DNA of 62,968 nt, counting the filler, from Thraustochytrium aureum (Eukaryota), in the NCBI GenBank assembly GCA_012862495.1. It is 4 parts of 4 records of this genome, joined end to end, with 100 filler letters (N's around TTAATTAATTAA, not from the genome) between each part and the next. Parts side by side here need not be neighbours in the genome. Positions count along the whole stretch, not along the records: positions 47,366 to 58,680 come from BLSG01000058.1; positions 58,781 to 62,968 come from BLSG01000060.1; 2 more parts are not named here. One strand, given 5' to 3'. The notes beneath the pieces are model-generated. The model had not been told where the DNA came from, searched no databases, and was given only the letters and a program-made list of their open reading frames with translations. The position numbers were made by a program, and so were the translations under genes. Every line of letters starts with the position of its first letter. Positions within the stretch are counted from its first letter, which is position 1. Positions 54,111 to 62,968 of this stretch are shown here, piece by piece.

Positions 54111-55552
54111 ATGGTGAAAACGGCGGCGCGAAAGCCGCCTGGAGCAGCAACGGGGGTCTGGAGCCGGGTGGCTGTGGAACGTGGCGCTCGTGGGGAATGT
54201 CGCGGCGCTCGTGGCCCATGCGGTGCTGGTGAACTGGTACCCCGAGAGCGCGGTGGTGCAAGGCGTGTCCAAGGTGGCGAACGCTGGAGCTGCGGCGCTG
54301 TCGGCAGGCACGAACGACGCCGCTCACAACCCGGAGCTCAGTGAGCGGTACTTTGAGAGAGCCAGCAAGTACATGGCGTCGAAGGGCGAAGGCTACCTGG
54401 GCTGGCTCAACCTGCTCGCCGCGTACGACCTCAACCCGAGGGACGAGACCGTGCTCGCCAACCTCGTCCAGAATTACCGCGCATCCGACCTGACGTACCT
54501 TGCTCTCGACGAGCTCAACACGGTCCTCGAGAACGATCCGGACAACAGCGCTGCGCGGAGCCTGACCGCCGAGGTCAGGAGCGAAAACCCGGCCGAGTGG
54601 GAAAGCTACCAAAAACGCAAGGCCCGCTCGTATGCGCCTTCCACCGAGCAAAAGCTCGGCAAGCCCCAGTTTACCATTCCTTTCGCAACGGCCTTTGCAA
54701 GGTGGGATCTCACCGCGCAGTTTCCCGACTATGCAACGCTCAACCGAGAGTTCTACGACGCGACAGTTATTGCCTACAACGAGATGAAGACGGACTGGGT
54801 CGCCAAGCAGCCCGGCATCTCCGACACAGAGCTCAACCACAAGTTTTTCCAATGGCAGATGAAAATCTTGCGCGAGACCGGCGACTACTGGAACGGATAT
54901 ACGGAGCTTCGCCTGTTTCGCGACCTCATGGAGACAATGCGGCACGGTAAGTCGGGGGGTGGATTCGCCGAGCTCGCGCAGAGTCGGCTCGGGCTTGAAG
55001 CTGACGAGAGGCACCGCGGGGTTCCCGGGCGCAGGCGCGGCGCAAGTGCTCGAAGCCTTCGGGTTTGACAGAGAGACTGCAAACCGCAAGGCGCACCACG
55101 AGGTCATCTTTTGGGCCTCGGTGCACAGCGACAACTCGGTGCATGAGCCGCACCAAACGGAGGACTCGCTCATCGGCGGCGTCTACTATGTCACGAGTAA
55201 GTGCAGGTCGCCGCAGGTTGCCCTGGCGCCCGTCGAGCGCGCCGCTAACAGCCCGGTGCGCGCAGTTCCGCCCAACAGCGGGGTCCTGGACATGTTCGAC
55301 CCGCGTGGCAAGATCCGCGGCGGCATATCGTTGCCCGAGCCGCCGTTCCACCGCGTGTACACCGTCCAGCCCAAGGAGGGCATGCTCGTGCTCTTCCCTG
55401 GGTGGCTCGTGCACACTGTGCGCGAAAGCGTCGGCCTCAATGTCGCACGAGACGGGTACAGGGTCTCCATCAGCGTAAACCTGAAGGGCGAGTGGCAGGA
55501 CACCACCAAGCTCAAGGTCGAAGACGTCGAGCTGTTCCGCCCTGGCTCGTAA
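54111..55552 (+). CDS. Membrane-anchored/secretory TPR + 2OG-Fe(II) oxygenase (TIGR02466-like); two introns, frameshift near 54155
   Basis: Hydrophobic N-terminal segment, TPR-like helices, WASVH...GGVYYVT|IPPNSG..FDPRG, PKEGMLVLFPGWLVHTV, RVSISVN. Confidence 0.82.
54947..55034 (+). other. Spliceosomal intron (88 nt)
   Basis: GTAAGT donor, GCTGAC branch near 55000, GCAG acceptor; joins the two ORFs in frame. Confidence 0.85.
55197..55265 (+). other. Spliceosomal intron (69 nt, in frame, stop-free)
   Basis: GTAAGT donor, GCTAAC branch near 55244, CGCAG acceptor; removal gives YYVTIPPNSG. Confidence 0.85.
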
Positions 55553-56242
55553 GGGCAAGCGCTCGTCCCAAGCTGTCGAACCCTGCCGCCCTGGCTCGCA
55601 AGAGCACGCCGTGCCTTCTCCCCGTTGAGTGCANNNNNNNNNNNNNNNNNNNNNNNNNNNNNNNNNNNNNNNNNNNNNNNNNNNNNNNNNNNNNNNNNNN
55701 NNNNNNNNNNNNNNNNNNNNNNNNNNNNNNNNNNNNNNNNNNNNNNNNNNNNNNNNNNNNNNNNNNNNNNNNNNNNNNNNNNNNNNNNNNNNNNNNNNNN
55801 NNNNNNNNNNNNNNNNNNNNNNNNNNNNNNNNNNNNNNNNNNNNNNNNNNNNNNNNNNNNNNNNNNNNNNNNNNNNNNNNNNNNNNNNNNNNNNNNNNNN
55901 NNNNNNNNNNNNNNNNNNNNNNNNNNNNNNNNNNNNNNNNNNNNNNNNNNNNNNNNNNNNNNNNNNNNNNNNNNNNNNNNNNNNNNNNNNNNNNNNNNNN
56001 NNNNNNNNNNNNNNNNNNNNNNNNNNNNNNNNNNNNNNNNNNNNNNNNNNNNNNNNNNNNNNNNNNNNNNNNNNNNNNNNNNNNNNNNNNNNNNNNNNNN
56101 NNNNNNNNNNNNNNNNNNNNNNNNNNNNNNNNNNNNNNNNNNNNNNNNNNNNNNNNNNNNNNNNNNNNNNNNNNNNNNNNNNNNNNNNNNNNNNNNNNNN
56201 NNNNNNNNNNNNNNNNNNNNNNNNNNNNNNNNNNNNNNNNNN

Positions 56243-56702
56243 CCACATGGCGCTGCTGGCCGCCAGCAACTTGATCGGGGACGACTGCCTCGACGTGAAC
56301 CGGTCGTACATCAAGTGCAAGGCCAAGGACCCGAACCCGCATTTGTGCCTGCAGGAGGGCGAGAAGGTCACCGGGTGTGTGCTCAAGGTGTAAGTTGTCG
56401 CGTTACGTTGCTTTCTTGGCTGTTTTGGCGTTGCTCCGTGTTGCTCTTCGTCGCGGCGTTGCGGACGGGCTGCAGAAGGAAACTGTGTGCCGCCCTGCGA
56501 GGGCAGGTGCTGGTGTTCGTGCTCGTGCTGGTGTTGCTGACGGCCGCGCTACCACGCGAGCAGGCTCCGCGTCGCCGAATCTAGCTGCGGCGTGCCATTC
56601 GAGGCGTACAAGTCTTGCCTGGAGTCCAACAACCGCCGCATCGAAAAGTGCCGCACCGAGGAGGCTTCCTTTGTCAAGTGCATGCAGGATCCCCCCAAGT
56701 AA
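56243..56702 (+). CDS. NDUFA8: Complex I subunit NDUFA8 (PGIV, four CX9C-type Cys pairs); intron 56390-56563; 5' end in gap
   Basis: LLAASNLIGDDCLDVNRSYIKCKAKDPNPHLCLQEGEKVTGCVLKV|LRVAESSCGVPFEAYKSCLESNNRRIEKCRTEEASFVKCMQDPPK*; GTAAGT...GCTGAC...CAG. Confidence 0.9.
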
Positions 56703-56857
56703 TATCTGTCGCTTTCTTTCTTTAGAAAGAAGGTCGACGTGACCCTGTTGTTTTCTAAAGAGCAGAGAATGGCGCGCCTGGCAATCGCGGCAAGCGTTGC
56801 ACCTTGCGCCAGCCAAACGAAAAAGACCTCTCCCCGCCTTGCCACGACCATTACCAT

Positions 56858-58433
56858 TTAGACCCCGCCGCGGCCGCCCAGCGCGCGGTAGTCGTACAGA
56901 ATCTGCTCTGCCGCCACAAGGCCGCCGTTGAAATCGTCCAGCGCGAATCCCTCGCTCGCATATTGGTGCACGTAGGCCCCCACACCAAACATGTGCTGAG
57001 CCTTGCCCACCACGGCGTCGAGCGGACGCACGATGGCCTCCGAGTTGGACAAAGATGCAACGATCCGTTCCAGCCCACCCTCGACCGTGCTGCTCTCTGC
57101 GTACCGCAGCGCCACGCCGGGCGCAGCAGCTCCCGTGCAGCTTGCGCCCTGAACTTGCCAGCGCGGGGCGTTTCTGCAAACCAGCCGCAAGGTTTCGTGG
57201 ACGCTAGAGCCCTGCGTCGCGTAGGCGTGGGCCCCTTTCCCGTGCAGCGTCAAGACGCGCGCCACGACCCCATCTGCGTCCATGGCCAAGCCGGCAACCG
57301 AGCCGAGCGGGAATCCAACGGGCGACTTGGCCATCTCCTTCATCAGCGCCGGCCACGAATTGCTCGAAAAAGCAACAGAGTCGCGCGCCACATGCGGGAC
57401 CGAGTGGGCGAGGACGCACTTGAGGCTTGGGTGCGGGCAGAGGAACTGCAAAAGCCCGCCAATGGAGGGGTCGCCACCAGGCCCGGCCGCGCGCGCGGGG
57501 TACAGCAGGCCTGAAGCGAGGTCTCGCGACAGCACCTTGTTAAGTTCCGCCATCTCGGGCCGCTCCACGCGCTCCAAGCGCGTGGACACGTACTTTGCGT
57601 GGTCGTTGAACTGGCACAATAGCGCGTCAGAGGTGTCCTGCAAGTGGCCCATCGTCAGGACCGTATTGTAGTTTTGCACGACGACTTCGCCCGAGGCCAG
57701 CGGCCAGACCAGGCTGTTGACGCGCCGAGCGTTTGGGAACTCGTCCGCCAAGACGCCTGTCAGGTAGGTGCCAAGCCCGGACCCCGTGCCCCCTGCAACG
57801 CTCTGGAAAACGAGGAATGCGTCCAACGCGTCGCAAGCTTCTGCTTGCCGTCTCACGCAATCGACGACGCGATCACTAACCTTGGGCCCGGGGTCAAAAA
57901 GCCTTGCGCCCAGTTGTTCCCAGAGCCACCCTCCAGCTTGAGGCAACTCGCGGGTCGTACTTCCACTTGCCGCGGCGTGCGAGGCACTCATCCACGACCT
58001 TTTGGGGTGCAGCAAGTCAGTCAACAGCAGGCCGTGGCCGCAAGGGCTCAGCGAGCGGCTCAGCGCGGCCCGCACTTACTCTGGGCTCCATGTCTATCAG
58101 CACCGCTCGCGCGGTGCGTTGTCCGTGTGGGCGTTTCCGGCCTCGGCGGCCACCTCGAAGCTGTGCGCCTCGCGCCTCGCCCTGCCCTGGCCCAACCCCG
58201 CTGGCGCCGAGCGCGGCGCTTTCAAGCAACTCAATCTCCTCCAGCTCGTCAAGCGCATCATCGCCCCAAAACAGCGCCTCGCGCTGTTTCTTCCGAGCAA
58301 CCAGCGCGTCCAGGCCTGCCACCGCCGAGTCCACGACGTTGCCCTCCACGCACCTCTCGTAGACGGCTTCCAGCACGGCCTCACCGACCTGATTTCCGCA
58401 CTGGCCAACCTGCAGGACCACAATGCCATCCAT
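56858..58433 (-). CDS. TUBD1: Delta-tubulin; intron 57999-58079; two small frameshifts near 57890-57940
   Basis: LQVGQCGNQVG, ARAVLIDMEPR|VV, GSGNNWAQG, SVAGGTGSGLG, WPLASGEVVVQNYN, KAQHMFGVGAYVHQY. Confidence 0.92.
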
Positions 58434-58680
58434 CCTCCGCTGCCGCGCACCTCGGCATGGGGCGTGCAGACCTGCACAACCGCTCGCAGCAAAACCTATC
58501 ACCTCCTGCCTGCGCGCTGTGAGACTACTTGCTGCGAGGCGTGCCGCGTGGCAAGCTGCGCGACTCCAGAGATCGCAATATGGGACTTGCCGCGCGTCTT
58601 GCTGCGAGGCGTGCTGCGCGGCGTGCTGCGCGTCTTGCCGCGCGTCTGCTGCGCGACTAGATCGCAAAACGGGACTTGCC

Positions 58681-58780
58681 NNNNNNNNNNNNNNNNNNNN
58701 NNNNNNNNNNNNNNNNNNNNNNNNTTAATTAATTAANNNNNNNNNNNNNNNNNNNNNNNNNNNNNNNNNNNNNNNNNNNN
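58681..58780. other. Artificial scaffold linker N44-TTAATTAATTAA-N44
   Basis: 12-mer at 58725-58736. Confidence 0.97.
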
Positions 58781-59231
58781 ATAGAGTCCTGAGTAACGTA
58801 CGTTTGTTAGGGTTGTCACCGTTGGTGTCGTCTCCCAGGATTCGCCGAAACCATCTCGCTGAGAGCGAAGAACAAGGAAACCTTTCAAAAAAAGTGAAAC
58901 TCCCCAGGCTCTTGAGCTGCTGCGCAGAGGAGGCAAGCCGTGGCGAGGGCAGCCAGGGAGGGCGACTTGCGAACGCAGACTGGTGCCGCTCACTGGTGCA
59001 CGAGCAGATCATGGCGCTCGCTCGCCCTCCTCCTTCAGGTATCTTCAGGCGCCGCCCCAACGAACAGCAATGCTCAGGAGAAGACGATCGATCGAGCGAT
59101 CGGTCGACAGACCCGAAAGAAGGATCAGGCATCCATCCATCATTCACCGGCGGTCGATCGATCATCCACATCCGTCTCGAGGCACGCAGTAGATAGCAGG
59201 CGGACGGGCGCGGAGACGCAGGGCTTGCAGG

Positions 59232-60412
59232 ATGCCGTCGTACGTGCTGGCAGAGTATGTCTGGATTGACGCCGACGGCGGGCTGCGGTCCAAGACCAAG
59301 GTGATCGCGGGCAAGGAGAAAGTCACGCTGGACGAACTGCCCGACTGGAACTTTGACGGGTCGTCCACCGGGCAGGCCCCCGGGGAAGACTCCGAGGTGG
59401 TCATGGTGCCCGCGGCGCTGTTCAAGGACCCGTTCCGCGGCGGAAACCATGTCCTCGTGCTCACGGACTGCTACACGCCTCAAGGCGAGGCGATCCCCAC
59501 CAACACGCGCAGCCCCGCCCTGAAGATCTTCGATCTCAAGCCCGACGAAGAGCCGTGGTTCGGCATCGAGCAAGAGTACACGCTGTTCAAGGACGGCGTC
59601 CCGCTCGGCTGGCCCTCCTCGACGGCGCGCAGCTTTGGCGGGCCCACCGTGCAAATGGGGTTCCCTGGGCCGNNNNNNNNNNNNNNNNNNNNNNNNNNNN
59701 NNNNNNNNNNNNNNNNNNNNNNNNNNNNNNNNNNNNNNNNNNNNNNNNNNNNNNNNNNNNNNNNNNNNNNNNNNNNNNNNNNNNNNNNNNNNNNNNNNNN
59801 NNNNNNNNNNNNNNNNNNNNNNNNNNNNNNNNNNNNNNNNNNNNNNNNNNNNNNNNNCCACTTGATCATGTGCTTGGAGGCGGGCATCACGGTGAGCGGG
59901 ATCAACGCCGAAGTGATGCCGGGCCAGTGGGAGTACCAGGTCGGGCCCTGCACGGGCATTGCTTCCGGCGACCACTTGTGGATGTCTCGCTACATCCTCA
60001 ACCGCGTTTGCGAGAAGCACGACGTCACTGTGAGCCTCGAGCCAAAGCCCGTTCCTGGAGACTGGAACGGCGCAGGCTGCCACACCAACTTTTCCACCAA
60101 GTCGATGCGCGAGGTCGAGGGGTCGCTCGACAGCGTCATCATCCCGGCCATCGAGCGGCTCGGCAAGAAACACGCCGAGCACATCGCAGTTTACGGCGTC
60201 GGCAATGAGAAGCGCCTCACCGGCAAGCACGAGACCGCCCTCCATGGACAAGTTCTCGTACGGTGTCGCCAACCGCGGCGCCTCGATCCGCATCCCGAAC
60301 CAGACCAAGATCGACGGCAAGGGCTATTTTTGAGGACCGCCGCCCGGCCTCCAACATGGACCCGTACGTGGTGACCAGCAAGATCTTCCAGACGACCACC
60401 GTTGAGGCCTAG
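59232..60412 (+). CDS. GLN1: Glutamine synthetase type II (gap; frameshifts near 60240 and 60330)
   Basis: [91 protein letters not shown]. Confidence 0.96.
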
Positions 60413-60513
60413 ACCTGGTGGGCTTTTACACCGAAAGCCGGACAGAACCCTGCCGCTAGCGCGAGCAAAAAACAAAAAAAGTCCCTCCAAGAGCGATCCG
60501 CCTTGGCTTTTAT

Positions 60514-62625
60514 TTAGCTTGATGCGCCAGAGGCGCGCTCTGGTCGGGCCCGCTCTGCGCGTTTGGCAACGGCCCCTGCCCCAAGCGCGCTCCAGCGAGT
60601 CCCTCGAAGGCCGCGCTTCCACCAAGCAAGCGTGGACCCGCGCGGTCCGCTTTCGCCGCCCTTCTTCCAATCCTCAACCGCGTCCTTGGCCAACTGGAGG
60701 TCGTGCTCCACATTTGCGTCCTCCGCGGCGACCCCGAGAGCCGCAAGCGCCTCCAATGCCGGATCCAGCGACTCTGCCGACGCTCGCGTCTTTATCGCCG
60801 TCACAACATGGGTGGCCGCAGACAGACAAGGAACGGCAAAGCCGAACAGGAACGAAAAGAGTCCAGAGTCGTACTCGGATCTGCCCGCGTAGAAAACTAC
60901 GCCACACATGCAAAACCAAACAAAAACCAGGACCATCGCGGCTGTCGAGACGCAGACAAAGGCACAGAGTTGGCTCTTCGCAAAACCGTGGTCTTCGAGG
61001 ATATCCATGATCTGCTCTGCTTCGAGCCCAAGCCGAGTGAACCGCGACATCAAGTCCGACCGCACTTGCAGCAGTTTGCGCCATGTCTGTACGGCGTAGA
61101 TCCCGATCGAGACGACGGCGATGATCCTGCTCGCTGCGGCTGCAGGCCGGATCGTACAGGCAAGCAACATCCACAGTATGTGCGTCAAGATCAGCGCGAC
61201 GCTGATCTGGCACGTGACGAAAATAACACCTCGTAGAACCCACCGATATACGTTGCCTGGGAGCCAGTTCCACATCGTTGAGAGCAGAAAGCCAGAAACC
61301 AAGATGATATACACGATCGACGAAACCAGCAGCGGCATCTGCAGAGCGTCGCGCCGATCGCATTGGCTCTCACCGATCTCACACCCAACGAGAACAGCGC
61401 TCAACAGAGGGAACAGTACGGGCAACACAAGCAAACAAAAGGTCTTGGCTATCTGCGCGCCAGCTTCCCGCATGGTCTCTGGATCGTGGACGCTGTCCGT
61501 GAACGAGTGCTTCAGAAACAAAACCTTGAAAATGGCCATGAACGCGCTCACCGTGCGACTTCGACGCAGAGCTTCTGCGACTTTGACATCCGCACCGCTC
61601 GACGGTTCGGCGCCAGCAGGGCCCCTTGCTGCAGCGGCACTGTCTGGCACAACTGGGCCGACCGGGTCTGTGGCCGCTGGGCCAGACTGCGCCGGGGCCG
61701 GCTGCTCGAGGGCAGGAGGGTTGGTTGCAGTCTTGTCCGAGAGGAATTCGCGCGATTTGAAAAAGCTGGACGCAAGCAGGCCAAAGGCAGCAATTCCCGC
61801 AAGGACAATCAGAGCCCAAACCGACAGAAAGATTGCGTAGCTCGTTTCAAACGCCTTCTTACCTGGGTCGTCAACGCACATGCGAGCCGGGTCGACAACG
61901 CGTTGGCCCACGCGTCCGTTCATGCAGGTCCAGCCGATGGATCGAGTCTCCCCCGAGGCGTTCGCCCTCCGAGAAAAGATCACAAAGTCACTCTGCTTGG
62001 CCTGCTCCATCATGTGGTTGACAAGAGCAGCATATGAGGCCATGTCGCGGCGGAAAGGGAGCGGGCACTCGCCCCCAGCCCCGTCTTCTACGACGTCATC
62101 GACGAACAGGGACACCGTGTGCACGGTCCGCGACAGAACATTAAGGCTCAGCGTGCGTAGCAAAAAGTTGGGCAGCCAGAAGAGCAGTCGCACCTGCATC
62201 ACGTCAAACCGCCACCCTGCGTCGTGCACCAGGAACTGCACCTCTGAGAGGCTATCTGGCAGCCCAACAACGTCCTCCCACTTTGACGTCGACCCGCCGA
62301 GCACTTCGACTGACTTGATACTCTGCGAAAAGTAGTCGCCAAGCGATGTGCAATCCGTGTGCTTGGACATCTTCACGCTAACGGACGCTTCCTTCGAAGT
62401 TAAGCTCTGCACGTTCCAGACGACATAGTCCGCGGCCCACCATGAGAAGAGCGAAAGGCAGCCCGTGAGCGCAACGAGAACCAGCGTCGAAATCACGCGG
62501 AGGCGATTCTTGCTCGTTCGCCGCCCGGCCTGCTTGACCGCCTTGCCGCTCGCGTCGCCATTTTGCGCAGGCGCAGGGGCGACCTTGTTACTAGGCTTGG
62601 GAAGCTGTTGTGGCGCGCAGCTCAT
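60514..62625 (-). CDS. Hypothetical 703-aa multi-pass membrane protein (about 8 TM, large Cys-containing loop after TM1)
   Basis: Intact ATG ORF with hydrophobic segments; no family recognised. Confidence 0.72.
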   Translation of the reverse strand: MSCAPQQLPKPSNKVAPAPAQNGDASGKAVKQAGRRTSKNRLRVISTLVLVALTGCLSLFSWWAADYVVWNVQSLTSKEASVSVKMSKHTDCTSLGDYFSQSIKSVEVLGGSTSKWEDVVGLPDSLSEVQFLVHDAGWRFDVMQVRLLFWLPNFLLRTLSLNVLSRTVHTVSLFVDDVVEDGAGGECPLPFRRDMASYAALVNHMMEQAKQSDFVIFSRRANASGETRSIGWTCMNGRVGQRVVDPARMCVDDPGKKAFETSYAIFLSVWALIVLAGIAAFGLLASSFFKSREFLSDKTATNPPALEQPAPAQSGPAATDPVGPVVPDSAAAARGPAGAEPSSGADVKVAEALRRSRTVSAFMAIFKVLFLKHSFTDSVHDPETMREAGAQIAKTFCLLVLPVLFPLLSAVLVGCEIGESQCDRRDALQMPLLVSSIVYIILVSGFLLSTMWNWLPGNVYRWVLRGVIFVTCQISVALILTHILWMLLACTIRPAAAASRIIAVVSIGIYAVQTWRKLLQVRSDLMSRFTRLGLEAEQIMDILEDHGFAKSQLCAFVCVSTAAMVLVFVWFCMCGVVFYAGRSEYDSGLFSFLFGFAVPCLSAATHVVTAIKTRASAESLDPALEALAALGVAAEDANVEHDLQLAKDAVEDWKKGGESGPRGSTLAWWKRGLRGTRWSALGAGAVAKRAERARPERASGASS

Positions 62626-62735
62626 CGCACCCGCGGGCCGCTGCGGCGCCCCGCTGCGCCAGAGCTTGCCGGACAGCGACGCCGATCATTCCTGTCTGTC
62701 CGATCTACAACGGACACATTCTCGACGACCCAAGC

Positions 62736-62816
62736 CACGCTGGAGTGCACGCTGGAGTGCACGCTGGAGTGCACGCTGGAGTGCACGCTGGAGTGCACGC
62801 TGGAGTGCACGCTGGA
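62736..62816 (+). repeat. 12-bp perfect tandem repeat (CACGCTGGAGTG), 6.75 copies
   Basis: Direct inspection; lies about 110 bp upstream of the 62625 ATG. Confidence 0.96.
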
Positions 62817-62889
62817 CGCGCGCCGCGGTTCCTCCCTCCGGCCGCCTTCGCGGTCGTCGTAATGGTCCTCGACGTCGTCGGCTTGATCC

Positions 62890-62968
62890 TCAATAGTCGT
62901 CTTGGTCCTCGTCTTGGTCCTCCTCGTCCTCCTCGTCCTCTTCGTCGTCCTCGTCCTCTTCGTCGTCC
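62890..62968 (-). CDS. 3' end of a gene with an acidic D/E tail (continues beyond window)
   Basis: Minus strand reads DDEEDEDDEEDEEDEEDQDEDQDDY-TGA. Confidence 0.55.
   Translation of the reverse strand, partial: DDEEDEDDEEDEEDEEDQDEDQDDY

Noticed and set aside
58526..58680. Degenerate CTTGCYGCGMG repeats upstream of delta-tubulin
   Set aside because: Low-complexity, truncated by the scaffold end; nothing beyond a simple repeat can be supported.
8580..60335. Frameshifts in ADAT1, SulP, PNP, TRM13, the NTase, 7TM genes, CBS, tubulin and GS as programmed frameshifting, RNA editing or mass pseudogenisation
   Set aside because: Single-base indels, mostly at homopolymers (e.g. 10577, 13460, 35222, 60330), in otherwise intact essential genes; typical of low-coverage/pyrosequencing error.

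Overview
GC-rich eukaryotic draft genome sequence. Short GT-AG introns with GCTGAC/GCTAAC branch sites, TAF10, ALG3, delta-tubulin and NDUFA8 are all present. The compact, intron-poor style suggests a flagellate-stage protist, possibly a thraustochytrid/labyrinthulomycete (inference only). The window is four scaffolds joined by artificial 100-bp N44-TTAATTAATTAA-N44 linkers (17835-17934, 47266-47365, 58681-58780). It has many internal N gaps and single-base frameshifts, mostly at homopolymers, that look like sequencing errors. About 30 genes are recognisable, mostly housekeeping: TrmH, ADAT1, SulP/STAS/cNMP, PNP, TRM13, DES1, TM6SF, TRF4-like NTase, TAF10, SDR, MORN, MRH lectin, CBS, ALG3, AIM24, 2OG-oxygenase, NDUFA8, TUBD1 and GS-II. 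The most interesting observations are: (1) a tandem pair of PA-like-ectodomain + 7TM GPCR-like genes next to a secreted receptor-L-domain protein; (2) a PNP ending in a duplicated MutS-C-terminal-like helical motif; (3) a TSET/TPLATE TTRAY1 (TWD40-1)-like protein; (4) three tRNA-modification genes within 10 kb; (5) an IS630/Tc1-like transposase lacking catalytic aspartates; (6) a Capicua-N-like/WRKY19-like zinc-finger hybrid; and (7) a CGTCA-dense divergent promoter. All family assignments come from motif recognition by eye, without database searches.
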